Part shown: positions 1 to 10,065 of the stretch, one piece after another
Position numbering within the stretch: position 1 is the first letter of the stretch
How the letters are laid out: each line of letters opens with the position of its first letter
Assembly (NCBI GenBank): GCA_018402765.1
Contig: JAGYIE010000005.1
Location: 17,082 to 81,081 of the forward strand
Origin: Vicingaceae bacterium
GTDB taxonomy: Bacteria; Bacteroidota; Bacteroidia; Flavobacteriales_E; Vicingaceae
Length of the DNA stretch: 64,000 bases
Direction: 5' to 3'
Made by a program: the position numbers and the translations under genes
The notes under the pieces: model-generated
Seen by the model: the letters and a program-made list of their open reading frames with translations, nothing else
What the model was told of the DNA's origin: nothing
The model's database searches: none

Positions 1-1309
1 TAAAATAGGTACTAGTATCCTTTTTATTAATAGAATATAGTTCTCTAATGTGTGCGAGCTGGCTTAAGTGGCTAGCCATTAATTGTTCGAAAAGTAACAG
101 ATAAGCTTTTAATTGTTTTGCTTGTGCAAATCTTTTCTTTGTGCTATTATTTGGTAATTCTTTATCTCTTAATCCATATACAGCAGGAAACTCTTTTTGT
201 ATTGAAAAATATTCCCTTACTTCATTAAGCGAAAATCTACCGTCAGGTATTGATTTTAGATATTTCCTATGGTCTTCATAAGATTTTCTATCATTAATTG
301 TAATAGAATCTAAAAGCTGGTGAAAGATATCTGTATCTATCTCATATTTCATGTTATTTCTATATACAGATAGCTGATAAGAAGACACATTATCTTTTGT
401 AATTAATTTTTCGAGTATCGGGTAAGTATCTTTTTCAAACGTTACTATAGAATCAAAGCACTTAATACCATTTTTGTAAACTACTAAATCTTCAATCGAG
501 ATAACCCCAGGAACACCTTCTATTATACTCTTAATTTCTGAAATGTAGATTTCATTCGTTTTATTTTTTAGACGAATACTTTTTAGTGAATAATTAGTTA
601 AAATTGGGCCCGTGTATAGCTCGGTAAAGGCTATCTTAGAATTATCAAATGCTGCTGTTTCGTTATTATCATTGCTCAAGTAATTTTCTGTTTGCTGATA
701 TATTTCTGCTAAAATATCTTCTCCTACTGCAAACGAATCAATAAACAGCTTACCTGAAAAACTAATTTCCGCCTTTTTAAGTAATGAAATTCTTTCTATA
801 TCGGTGCTAAGAAATCTATTTTCAATAAATAGATTTTTTGCATCAGCTAAGGTCTCTTTCTCCTGAAACTCCAATACATCTTCCCTTAGTTGTATCTGTA
901 ACTCGTATAGGCCGCTTATACCCATTGGATGATCATCGATCTGGTTTAACCAGATATTTTTTATCGTAGGAAGCGCATCTAAAAATAACTTTCTGTAATC
1001 CGCTCTATTTACAGCTGACGTTGGAAATATTTTATCAGGTCCTAGAAGTAAATTATTCTTAGCTAAATCGAATTTATCTTTGTTGGAAAGCAAAATATCT
1101 GCTATAGGAAAATGAGTGCGATAACCTAAATCCGTGATAGCATAACAGAGCTGCTCCATAATAGTAATTCCCGGGTCATGATAGTTATAATCAGTCCATT
1201 GATTACCTGAGTATTGCTCTATATATAAAATTGCTTTTTCTCTAAGCGCTTCGTAATTTAGGCTAACAGCTTCAGCTTCTTCTTCTTTTATATATTTTGG
1301 TTCAATCAT
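1..1309 (-). CDS. eCIS baseplate protein, Afp12-like (partial, runs off left edge; absent from ORF track)
   Basis: ATG at 1309 gives MIEPKYIKEE...NYEALREKA...GNQWTDYNYHDPGITIMEQLCYAITDLGYR, the typical eCIS baseplate N-terminal motif; frame open to base 1 (...ELYSINKKDTSTYF). Confidence 0.85.
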   Translation of the reverse strand, partial: MIEPKYIKEEEAEAVSLNYEALREKAILYIEQYSGNQWTDYNYHDPGITIMEQLCYAITDLGYRTHFPIADILLSNKDKFDLAKNNLLLGPDKIFPTSAVNRADYRKLFLDALPTIKNIWLNQIDDHPMGISGLYELQIQLREDVLEFQEKETLADAKNLFIENRFLSTDIERISLLKKAEISFSGKLFIDSFAVGEDILAEIYQQTENYLSNDNNETAAFDNSKIAFTELYTGPILTNYSLKSIRLKNKTNEIYISEIKSIIEGVPGVISIEDLVVYKNGIKCFDSIVTFEKDTYPILEKLITKDNVSSYQLSVYRNNMKYEIDTDIFHQLLDSITINDRKSYEDHRKYLKSIPDGRFSLNEVREYFSIQKEFPAVYGLRDKELPNNSTKKRFAQAKQLKAYLLLFEQLMASHLSQLAHIRELYSINKKDTSTYF

Positions 1310-1314
1310 CTTTA

Positions 1315-2052
1315 TTAATCAAAAGATAAATCAATTAGGTTAAACTTTATTAAGTAAGCTTCACCTGTTTGCTCATCTATTCCATAGTGGCGTCTGGTTC
1401 TTATTTGAAGCGTATAATTATGCATATCACCCACCCATCTTAGCTGAATTTTATTTCTAAAACTTTCGTAATGTGCTTCTGAAATTTTAATTTTATTTTT
1501 TGAAAGCTTACCCCCAAAGGTAGATAATACTATAGCATGACAAACTGAATAGTACCCTTGGCCTATTTTGCCTTCGGCTTTTGCATTTAATTCAAAACTG
1601 CTTATTCCATCCAAATTACTAACTACATCGTGCCAATTTCCATCAGCAAATGCAACGCTTTTTACAAATGTTCCTAATTGCTTTTTTATAGCAATTGTTC
1701 CATTGACATCTAATTCAACGCTTGGGTTTATCTTGTTAATTCCAATATGTCCATTTTTTGATAATGTTATAATCGAATCACTTTCTGCGGAAGAGATAGT
1801 GAGCTTATCAGAATTATTCTTGTTAATATCAATTTGATAGTCTGGACTCTGTTGATTACTTTTTTTAAAAAACGACAGTATTCTGCTGCGTTTATTAGTG
1901 GCAGATAATTTTAAACCATCCTGTTCATCTACATTTATTGCATCGTCTACTGCATTAATTGAAGAGTCGATTAAATCTTCGAAATGCTTCTCTGTAGCAA
2001 AGCCACCTTTCTTAAAATAGTTTTTTAATGTTTGTCTATTTATTAAAGCCAT
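1315..2052 (-). CDS. eCIS tail fibre/adhesin-like protein (Afp13-like position)
   Basis: N-terminal NRQTLKNYFKKG..TEKHFEDLIDS motif; one fibre-type repeat GHIGINKINPSVELDVNG; sits between baseplate genes. Confidence 0.7.
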   Translation of the reverse strand: MALINRQTLKNYFKKGGFATEKHFEDLIDSSINAVDDAINVDEQDGLKLSATNKRSRILSFFKKSNQQSPDYQIDINKNNSDKLTISSAESDSIITLSKNGHIGINKINPSVELDVNGTIAIKKQLGTFVKSVAFADGNWHDVVSNLDGISSFELNAKAEGKIGQGYYSVCHAIVLSTFGGKLSKNKIKISEAHYESFRNKIQLRWVGDMHNYTLQIRTRRHYGIDEQTGEAYLIKFNLIDLSFD

Positions 2053-2057
2053 AGTGT

Positions 2058-5000
2058 CTATATTTTTAAACGAAAAGAAATTGCCTCATTATCTTCTTCC
2101 TCTTCATGCTTAACTGTGCTTGTAGGGTCCTGATTTTTATTAATTAAAAATGTGGTGTTAATACCTAATTCTTTAAAGTCTATTGCCTCCGGCGACTGGA
2201 ACTCATTTGTGGTTGTTATCGTTATTTTATGATTACCCTTGGGAACAATTAGCGACCACGGGGACCCCGTTCTAATTAGTTCGTTTTCAAAATTATTTTT
2301 GGCTGAATCATACGCCTCGAGCAAACCATCTGCATTTTTCTTTAAATGAATAATAGATATACCTGTAATAAAGTTAATGTAAGGCCTGGTTTTTACAAAA
2401 TTGATAATATCTAGTAGTTTGATCTGTTCTCCTAATGTGTAAGGGACCTCAGTATTTCGCAACCAAGGACATAGAAAATTAAATACATCTAAACTTAGCT
2501 GCTCAATCCCATTTCCATTAGAGATATCCTTAAAAGATACACTACATTTTAGCCATAAATCCTCGAATGTAGGATTTATCACGGTTACTTTAGCAAATGG
2601 TGAAGCTACTTGTGCAATAAATCCCTCTATTTCTTCCATTTCAGCAGAACTCAATCTGATTTCATCGATATTCTGAAAAGCATCTATCTTTTTAATGCAT
2701 AGCAATTTAACTCCATCCTTCTTATTGTCTGATGAGAAACATTTTGTGTGTGATAGCCAAGGAAAATTAGCTAATACGTACTTTTCAAAATCCCACTTGG
2801 TAATTGGTCTATTTTTATGTCTAATTAATTCACTAACACGATTGTAGAAGTCTATTTTTGTTTCTTTGTTTCTTCCCGGTATTGTCTGCAGAGGTTGGTT
2901 GATTGAGGTTATTCCTTTTACACTTTCTAATAATCCTTGTACAGATTTTGGTGGGAGAATTGTTATTCTGTTTTGCGATAGTTTACTAATTATCTCTTTT
3001 GCAGAAATGGCATTTATCCGTACCGATTTAATTAAACTAAACTGGTCTGACTTATTTTTTGAGCATGCCTTAATAAAGTGCTTTTTTGAATTAAATAAGT
3101 AATGTGTATCTGTCGAATCTGCAGGTATACGAACTGAAAAAATACCTGTTCGCATTAAGTTCTGTGTCTGATCATACATTATATGCTCTGGACTTAATAG
3201 TTTCCAGCCTTCAGATGAATAGTAAAACCATTCTAATTTTCTGCTAAATTCATAATTGGTGCTCTCGCTTTTTATAATCTCAAAGAGTAGATTTATAGAT
3301 TTGTTTGGTTTACATCCGTCAAAACCGATAACTAATTCTCCTTCGTATTTAAGATTATAAACAATCCTATCGTCAGTTACTAGCCTATTTTTGAAAGTGT
3401 CTTCTACACCATAAGGTGATAATAAGTGAAATGAATTTCTTTCATTAAAGTTATTTCTGTTAAAGTCACGCTGATTGAATATAATAGAAGTTTCTGCTGT
3501 ATAGCCAAGCATTAGTTCATGAATTTCAGGGGCGTAAGGCTCGTTTGGTAATTCTATTTCTGTGGTATCTCCCTTTTTCGATTTCTTTAGTGCATTTTTA
3601 GTAATGGCATCTGAATATACTTTTTGATAATTGCCAAATCCGAATCCTGTCTTTGGGGCTACTAACTCTACTTTGAAGAAACCTGTTTCTAAATCATTCG
3701 AATAATTTGAAATATCATCGGCAGAGAGATCATAATTTGGCTTTATATTTAACTGATTCGTGTCTAGATTTTTAACTTCAAAACTCGAAGTCAGTTCACC
3801 TTTCTCATCTTCATTAAAGAGATTCAATTTAATCGATTCGGGTTGTGCGTCACGGTATTCAAAATCTGTTAAAGCACTAATTTTTAGTTGAAAACTTGAA
3901 TTCTTAATCTCTTGAGGGTAATTCTTGTAATAATCTGAGAAACTGTTTTCTTCAACCGGTAAGTTATCATATTCCCAGGCTATATTTAACGATGATATCT
4001 GCTTGTTAAACAATTCTTCGCTCCCTATAAGGCTATATGAGCCAACTTTTGGTGTAGGGCCAAATAATAGAAAGCTACTGTTAGGGTCAACTAAATCACC
4101 ATTAGTAAATACACGTAATCTTTTTAATCCGTTAACTTTTGTGTGAATATCTACCGCGTCTAGCTTCATTCCATTTAGGAATGAATAAGCGTTATAAAAA
4201 TTATGCTGGTTTATGGTAAACTTGAGTACCGGATATTCTGCATGAATTTCATTTCCATGTAGTTTTGGTTCTATAGCCGAAAAGGCTTCAAATTGTTTAT
4301 TTAACTCAAATTGAATCGATATTACACCGGTCGTCCAATCCAATGGAGATAAGACATCAAAATCCCGAATAGGAACCCAACCTGTTGCTCCAGAGTAGAC
4401 TAGCTCAAAGGCATTGGAAAATATTTCGGAAAAAATTATCTCTTCATCTTCTTCTCTTCGTTCTGAAATATCTATTATTAAATCTGTCAGATAGCTAATT
4501 GAGTTCGCTTCAAATTTTAGATCTAACTTTACTTTTCGGTTACTTATTCCCATTTGAAAAATAGGGGAAGAGATTATAAAACCAACATCTGCAGCTGACA
4601 TATTCATTTCTTGATTTGTTCTCAATTTTTGCTCCTCGCCTAAACTAGAAAACAGCAAGCTACTTTTGTTAAACTCGTCCACATCCGCAATAGAGGACGC
4701 ATGAGTTTTGGTATAAATTCCTGAAATAAGATTAAATCGTGAATTATATTCAAATGTCTTTGTTCTACTCAAAAAAGTAGTAGATAAATGACTTATTTTA
4801 GAATTATTAAGTCGGTTGTTTTCCGTGGTTTCAAAAAGAATATCACTCCCATCTTTGTATTGTCCTGCTTTGATTTTGGTTCCTTTAGATAAATTTAATT
4901 CATCAATTGATTTTGAAATCTCAACTGTAGAAAATAGCAAGCTTGGACTGACATCTAATGGTGATTGCTGCAATAAGTCGCGGTAAAATAAGTCTAAGTG

Positions 5001-5774
5001 TTTTTCTGATATTGCGTTAATGTCTAGTTGTAAATGCTTAAATAGTTTGATGAAGGTAAAGATTAGCCCTGTGTGAGCTTTGTGATTTTCATTATTTTCA
5101 AGTGATTCGTTAAATAAATTTGCTGAATTTTTGACTAATCCTGAAATGGCCTGATATGTTTTATTAAACAATAAAATCAACCGTTTCATTGCATAATTTA
5201 CTGTTCCTTTCTCAATTGTAGTGACTGTTTTTGTTTTTACCTTCATTTTCCAACTAGTGGATAAATCTCCCAGAATTTTATCTAAATCTGCACCTGTGTT
5301 CTTTTTTTGGTAAAAGGCTTCAAACTGTTCTCGTAGTTCTATTAAATATGAAGATGCAGTAGAGTTTATAAAATAGTCTAATTCATATTCTATTGGAGAG
5401 CTTTTTAAAGAAAGGTTATTTTTTCTTGATTTTTCGTACCAGTTATTTAATAAACTAAAGAGTTCGATTAATAAATCAAATAAATTACTGTAGGCTATCC
5501 ACTTATCTTTCGCCGATGTGGTTTGATCAAACTCTCTTATAATTGAGAGTCTCGTATTTCCAAATTTAATAATAGGGTATGAATGTATTTCAGCTAATAG
5601 AAAGGTGGGATCATATTGCAGTAATTCATTCCAGCTTTCGTCAATTTTATTCTCAGTATTAAAAAAATGCAGTTTTTTTGACAATTCTTTAATAAACAGA
5701 ACTAATTCAGCAGGAGATCTATCATCTATCTTTAGATTTCTAGGATCAATACGGTATGTGTGACTTTTTTTCAA
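2058..5774 (-). CDS. eCIS baseplate J-like protein (Afp11-like)
   Basis: 1238 aa; N-terminal IDDRSPAELVLF, C-terminal FYNRVSELIRHKNRPITKWDFEKYVLANFP baseplate-J region; follows gp25. Confidence 0.88.
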   Translation of the reverse strand: MKKSHTYRIDPRNLKIDDRSPAELVLFIKELSKKLHFFNTENKIDESWNELLQYDPTFLLAEIHSYPIIKFGNTRLSIIREFDQTTSAKDKWIAYSNLFDLLIELFSLLNNWYEKSRKNNLSLKSSPIEYELDYFINSTASSYLIELREQFEAFYQKKNTGADLDKILGDLSTSWKMKVKTKTVTTIEKGTVNYAMKRLILLFNKTYQAISGLVKNSANLFNESLENNENHKAHTGLIFTFIKLFKHLQLDINAISEKHLDLFYRDLLQQSPLDVSPSLLFSTVEISKSIDELNLSKGTKIKAGQYKDGSDILFETTENNRLNNSKISHLSTTFLSRTKTFEYNSRFNLISGIYTKTHASSIADVDEFNKSSLLFSSLGEEQKLRTNQEMNMSAADVGFIISSPIFQMGISNRKVKLDLKFEANSISYLTDLIIDISERREEDEEIIFSEIFSNAFELVYSGATGWVPIRDFDVLSPLDWTTGVISIQFELNKQFEAFSAIEPKLHGNEIHAEYPVLKFTINQHNFYNAYSFLNGMKLDAVDIHTKVNGLKRLRVFTNGDLVDPNSSFLLFGPTPKVGSYSLIGSEELFNKQISSLNIAWEYDNLPVEENSFSDYYKNYPQEIKNSSFQLKISALTDFEYRDAQPESIKLNLFNEDEKGELTSSFEVKNLDTNQLNIKPNYDLSADDISNYSNDLETGFFKVELVAPKTGFGFGNYQKVYSDAITKNALKKSKKGDTTEIELPNEPYAPEIHELMLGYTAETSIIFNQRDFNRNNFNERNSFHLLSPYGVEDTFKNRLVTDDRIVYNLKYEGELVIGFDGCKPNKSINLLFEIIKSESTNYEFSRKLEWFYYSSEGWKLLSPEHIMYDQTQNLMRTGIFSVRIPADSTDTHYLFNSKKHFIKACSKNKSDQFSLIKSVRINAISAKEIISKLSQNRITILPPKSVQGLLESVKGITSINQPLQTIPGRNKETKIDFYNRVSELIRHKNRPITKWDFEKYVLANFPWLSHTKCFSSDNKKDGVKLLCIKKIDAFQNIDEIRLSSAEMEEIEGFIAQVASPFAKVTVINPTFEDLWLKCSVSFKDISNGNGIEQLSLDVFNFLCPWLRNTEVPYTLGEQIKLLDIINFVKTRPYINFITGISIIHLKKNADGLLEAYDSAKNNFENELIRTGSPWSLIVPKGNHKITITTTNEFQSPEAIDFKELGINTTFLINKNQDPTSTVKHEEEEDNEAISFRLKI

Positions 5775-5776
5775 AT

Positions 5777-6187
5777 TTAACGTATTTCAGTTCCTTCGTT
5801 GATATAAAAAGGAAACACAATATTGTCCCTTACATTATTGGAGTGTATTTCATAATCAATATGCACACTAATCACACCATCAAGAATATTAGATTTAACT
5901 GTACTAACATCATGCACTATAATACGAGGCTCAAATGCTCGTAATCCTTGTTTTATTTCAAAAGAAAGCCTGCCAAGCAAACCATTATTGGTTTTATCAA
6001 ACTGATAATCATGAATGATACATCCAAAATCAGATCGCATGATACGCTCTCCTATATGCGTTTGGAAAAATAAGGATAAACTTTGTCTAATATCCTCATC
6101 TTTACTTACCATAATTATTTCTGCATTCTCTTTATCAAAGGTTGGAGGGAAGCCCCACCCTTTGCCTAAAAATGATTTTTCATCCAT
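5777..6187 (-). CDS. GPW/gp25 family baseplate wedge protein (Afp9-like)
   Basis: FLGKGWGFPPTF...GERIMRSDFGC...FEPRI...NIVFPFY. Confidence 0.93.
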   Translation of the reverse strand: MDEKSFLGKGWGFPPTFDKENAEIIMVSKDEDIRQSLSLFFQTHIGERIMRSDFGCIIHDYQFDKTNNGLLGRLSFEIKQGLRAFEPRIIVHDVSTVKSNILDGVISVHIDYEIHSNNVRDNIVFPFYINEGTEIR

Positions 6188-7999
6188 TTAGTTAATGTTT
6201 ACAGCCGATCCTTTTACGTTTACTTGTCCTGAAGCATTGATATCAACACCACTTCCACCTTTCGCTGATAACTTCGTTTTAGCTTCCATTGTTATGTTAT
6301 TTCCGCTTAGCTTTATACCATCACCACCGCTACCACTTGCAATTACTCCCTTATTCGCGGTCAAGTTTATGGCTCCACTCGCTGTAAGTGTTATATCTTT
6401 AGGACTAGTAATGGTGATTCCGTCTGCGGATGTTTTTATTTCATTCTCATTCTGATCAGTAATAGTTATACCTTCAGCAGATTCATCAATAACAATACTA
6501 TTGCTTTTAGGCGTGCTAATCGTTATTTTTTTATTTTCATCATCAAACTCTAAAGTTAGTTTACTTTTAGATATAAAGGCTTTGAAATTATTTTGATTAT
6601 CTACAGTTTTGTAGGGCTTATTGGTGGTAGTGTATAAACCTCCAATAACTACTGGTTGTCGTGGATCTTCTCCTATAAATGCAACAACTACTTGAGATTC
6701 TACTTCCGGTATAAAAAATGATCCTGCTTCTGATGAAGTGTAAAAGTGGGTTAGTCTTGCCCACATTCCTTCACCAGAGTTTTTTAGTGCAGGTATTAAT
6801 ACTTGAATTCTATTTTGATCTAATGGGTCAGCATCCACTTTTTTTACAGTACCGATGTATAATCCGGAAACTTTTTTAAAACCAGTATTAAAATCACTTA
6901 TTTTTTTATCAAAAAAGTTTTGGGAAACTCCAAACCCTATTTCAGTGGTGTAGTTACCACTTTCTATTTCATGAGTTAACTTGGTAATTAATACCAATCC
7001 ATCAAAGTTTTTACCAAATCCACTTAATTCGGCCACTGAGCCTAAATCTAGTGTATTAACGCCCTTAAACTTCGCTTTTCCAGTAATTCTATTCAGTCTA
7101 GAATATTGTAAAAATGCATTGGAAATTTCTTTTACTTCTGTTTGCTCTAGTACTTGTGGTAAATTAAATTCGATACCGTTAGCACTAGTAAGCGATGAAA
7201 TTTCAGAGGCCTTAAGCGTATCGTTCTCAGTTAAGCTGGGCTCTTCTGCTACGCTAGTAACGGTTTCATTTTTAAATATATCCCAAGAGTTAACCGTCAT
7301 GTCGGCTAATTGATTGGCGGCATTTATCTGGGCATCAAAACTAATGGTAGATTCCCCATTGGTGATGGTCACCAAGCTATCGTCAGTAACTGTTATTAAT
7401 TTTTTAGTGGTTAGTTTATTATCAGAGTTAAAAACCACTTGACTGTTCAGTTTTGTTCGCTCCAATATAAATTCCCAATCATTTATGTTGTATTTTGGTA
7501 AAAAAGGGTGAGTAGTATTCGTGTCTTCTATTTCTGTCGTTAGTCCGCTTACATTTTGAGTTAGTATGGTAAATAGGTCACTATCTAATTTATCTTCATA
7601 TACATCAGTAGTATAAGAATTAGTTAATTTAATTGCTTTGTCTACTGCTTCTATAATGAGTAAACTTTTCCACGGTTTAGTTACAAAACCTTCTTGGAGG
7701 CTGATGCGCAGCTTTTCTATAATACCTTTAAAAATTACTTTATTCTCCTGGCTATATCCTGCCTCGATTTCAATTTCGTTTCCGGGCTTAAAATCATCGT
7801 TTTCGCTTTCATCGAATGTATTTAAATATGGATCACCACCCGAAATAGAAAGCTGCGCTCTACTTATTTTATTCACTTCTTTTTCAACCTTTAGTTTTAT
7901 AACCATAAAAGAAGAGTTTATTTCATTTCCATTTACCGTTATAGTAAAAGAAAGTGGTTTAAATAAGGAGTCATCAGGTGAATTACCATTCTCAGCCAT
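6188..7999 (-). CDS. VgrG/gp27-gp5 type spike protein (Afp8-like)
   Basis: KEVNKISRAQL N-terminus; gp5 OB-fold WARLTHFY...GSFFIPEVESQVVVAFIGEDPRQPVVIGGLY; C-terminal beta-helix repeats. Confidence 0.92.
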   Translation of the reverse strand: MAENGNSPDDSLFKPLSFTITVNGNEINSSFMVIKLKVEKEVNKISRAQLSISGGDPYLNTFDESENDDFKPGNEIEIEAGYSQENKVIFKGIIEKLRISLQEGFVTKPWKSLLIIEAVDKAIKLTNSYTTDVYEDKLDSDLFTILTQNVSGLTTEIEDTNTTHPFLPKYNINDWEFILERTKLNSQVVFNSDNKLTTKKLITVTDDSLVTITNGESTISFDAQINAANQLADMTVNSWDIFKNETVTSVAEEPSLTENDTLKASEISSLTSANGIEFNLPQVLEQTEVKEISNAFLQYSRLNRITGKAKFKGVNTLDLGSVAELSGFGKNFDGLVLITKLTHEIESGNYTTEIGFGVSQNFFDKKISDFNTGFKKVSGLYIGTVKKVDADPLDQNRIQVLIPALKNSGEGMWARLTHFYTSSEAGSFFIPEVESQVVVAFIGEDPRQPVVIGGLYTTTNKPYKTVDNQNNFKAFISKSKLTLEFDDENKKITISTPKSNSIVIDESAEGITITDQNENEIKTSADGITITSPKDITLTASGAINLTANKGVIASGSGGDGIKLSGNNITMEAKTKLSAKGGSGVDINASGQVNVKGSAVNIN

Positions 8000-8694
8000 T
8001 AGTATTTCTTTTTAATTGGAGGGACTTCTAAACTGCTTCCTTTTTTTAATCGTCTGAAAGAACTTAGATTATTTACTTCAGCCAGTTTAAGATAGTATTT
8101 TTTGTTATGGTAATACTTTTCGCTAAGGCTAACTATAGAATCACCTTCTTTTACAATTGGCAATTTGGTTATATCAGGACTTTGAAAAAGTTTTTGTCCA
8201 TCAAATTCTAGTTCTACTACCGTAATAGAAACTTCTGCGCGTAGCGGAACTCCATCCGAATTAAAAAAAGTATAAGTGTAATTAAAGCCTTCCACACTCC
8301 CAAAAACATTAAGTGTCCCCATTCCCCAATTTATCATTACAAAAGGAGGTCTGTGAGTAGAATCTACGGGTATTACAGTTAATTTTTCTAGCTTGGAAAT
8401 AGAAGACGATACAGAACCCATATCAGCTGCAGATACACCATCTGGTTCAAATGGTATAGCACCTGTATTATCTATAGTAAATTTAAATTGAACCCTTCTT
8501 CTAACAAAGGTAATAGCTCTACTAGTAATGGATGAGCCTTCTGCATTTACCTCCTCTTCAGCTTCTTGCTCAGTTCTTCCTACTTCAAAAGAAATATCAG
8601 AAGGATTTAATTGCAAAGTGTAGCTACCCAACTCTCCCATTGATCCGCCGCTGTCTGATTCATATCCTGTAATTTCTAAGCTATTTATATTCAT
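7999..8694 (-). CDS. CIS tube-initiator/hub protein with C-terminal LysM-like domain (Afp7-like)
   Basis: LQLNPSDI; HRPPFVMINWG; FFNSDGVPLRAEV; C-terminal VKEGDSIVSLSEKYY...LAEVNNL. Confidence 0.88.
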   Translation of the reverse strand: MNINSLEITGYESDSGGSMGELGSYTLQLNPSDISFEVGRTEQEAEEEVNAEGSSITSRAITFVRRRVQFKFTIDNTGAIPFEPDGVSAADMGSVSSSISKLEKLTVIPVDSTHRPPFVMINWGMGTLNVFGSVEGFNYTYTFFNSDGVPLRAEVSITVVELEFDGQKLFQSPDITKLPIVKEGDSIVSLSEKYYHNKKYYLKLAEVNNLSSFRRLKKGSSLEVPPIKKKY

Positions 8695-8696
8695 AA

Positions 8697-8903
8697 TTAG
8701 TAGCTTAGTTTATCGTTTAATCTGGATAATACTTCGTTCACACATTCAGTAATAAGTGCTCTTTTTTCAGATTCACTTAAGCCTACTTTGGATTTATTTA
8801 CTTTGGAATTTGCTTCAATTAATTTAATAATATCTTCTTCACTTGCGCTACTATTACCATTTACTTTTCCTTTAATCACCAATTCTTTTATTACTACAGC
8901 CAT
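8697..8903 (-). CDS. DUF5908-like small eCIS protein (Afp6-like)
   Basis: MAVVIKELVIKGKV...LITECVNEVLSRL; size and position between tube 2 and LysM protein. Confidence 0.8.
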   Translation of the reverse strand: MAVVIKELVIKGKVNGNSSASEEDIIKLIEANSKVNKSKVGLSESEKRALITECVNEVLSRLNDKLSY

Positions 8904-8917
8904 AATCTAAAAGATGT

Positions 8918-9436
8918 CTAATTATTAAAATATTGATTAAAATGGGTGTAAGTAAGTTTCAAACGTTCCACTGCAATTTCAGACTTATCAGCATTAAATG
9001 CACCTATTTCTAATCCTTTTGGGTAGCAATTAAAAAACGACCAAGCCATTATTATTTGTTCTTGGTTATTTTCATTATTCTCCATTAAAAACACGTTTAC
9101 AGTTTTTAATGTTACTTGATAGCTAAATGAGTCGTTGGTTAATAAGTCATTAACCCATGTTGCCATGGGTGATTCTCTTTTTATTAACCCTCTAGAAAGC
9201 ACTAAGTCTGAATAGGTTGTAGTTCCTGGTAAGTGATATTGTCTGTTATTGCTGCCAGCATCTGTTATAGCGCTCGTATTTAGGTCTGCACTTATCCCTG
9301 AAATAGATTGGAAAAATGATTCATCAGGATCAAAGAAGATACTAGATAGTGGCCCATCTAAACCTACTAGTTGGTTAGTCGATGTTACCTTAAACTTAAA
9401 ACCCAATGCTGGGTAATCATTTTTATCGATATTCAT
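8918..9436 (-). CDS. Phage tail tube gp19-like protein 2 (Afp5-like)
   Basis: YPALGFKFKV...FQSISGIS...YSDLVLSRGL...AWSFFNCYPK...AVERLKLTY; ATG at 9436 preferred over track TTG at 9445. Confidence 0.9.
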   Translation of the reverse strand: MNIDKNDYPALGFKFKVTSTNQLVGLDGPLSSIFFDPDESFFQSISGISADLNTSAITDAGSNNRQYHLPGTTTYSDLVLSRGLIKRESPMATWVNDLLTNDSFSYQVTLKTVNVFLMENNENNQEQIIMAWSFFNCYPKGLEIGAFNADKSEIAVERLKLTYTHFNQYFNN

Positions 9437-9489
9437 AGATAGCAATAATTTTCAACTACTATAGAAGTGTTGAGAATAATAGTAGTAGT

Positions 9490-9539
9490 AAAAAAACAAT
9501 TATCCACTGTATCATTGTAAATGCTACAGCGAATAATTG
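9490..9539 (-). terminator. Intrinsic terminator after the major tube gene
   Basis: mRNA CAAUUAUUCGCUGUAgCAUU-uac-AAUGaUACAGUGGAUAAUUG-UUUUUUU: 19 bp (2 G.U, 1 mismatch), triloop, U7 tail. Confidence 0.75.
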
Positions 9540-9560
9540 CTATCTTAATGAGTGTTTAAT

Positions 9561-10031
9561 TTATGCTACTTCTGAGGTCATTCCTTCATGAGCTAGGACC
9601 ATTGTTTCGATTCCTGCTTCTGATGATTGAGAATTCATATCAGTTGGTGTAACTTTTTGTGGAAAAGCATTTGTTAGGGTCCACGTCATTCTTGGAGTAG
9701 CTGTTTCGTCTAATAAACGAATAACTACTGTCAAACGCTCATAAGTGTTTAATGAAATTTTTGAAATCCAATCAAAGAATTGGTTATCATCAGCAAATAC
9801 CCCTTTTTTAAGAGTTACATCCCCGTATTTCATTAATCCGGGCATCTTAATGGGTGTATGATTAGGACTATTTCCGTGTCTGTATTCGATTACTTCAGTT
9901 TCTACATCTAATCCACTAACTTCCTGAAAAGGTAAGTCTGTAAAATCGCCAATATCTACTGAAAAATAAAACTTTGGTAAAGGCCAAAACTGATCTTGTT
10001 CTGCACCTGTTCCTGCTGTTGGTAATGCCAT
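9561..10031 (-). CDS. Major tail tube protein, gp19 family (Afp1-like)
   Basis: WPLPKFYFSV...FQEVSGLDVETEVIEYRHG...KMPGLMKYGDVTLKKG. Confidence 0.95.
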   Translation of the reverse strand: MALPTAGTGAEQDQFWPLPKFYFSVDIGDFTDLPFQEVSGLDVETEVIEYRHGNSPNHTPIKMPGLMKYGDVTLKKGVFADDNQFFDWISKISLNTYERLTVVIRLLDETATPRMTWTLTNAFPQKVTPTDMNSQSSEAGIETMVLAHEGMTSEVA

Positions 10032-10065
10032 TTTTATCTAGTTTTTTTGATTTATATAGGAGAAG

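Noticed and set aside
9478-9490. (TAG)n microsatellite as a phase-variation tract
   Set aside because: Only about three units, non-coding, and too short to slip at a meaningful rate
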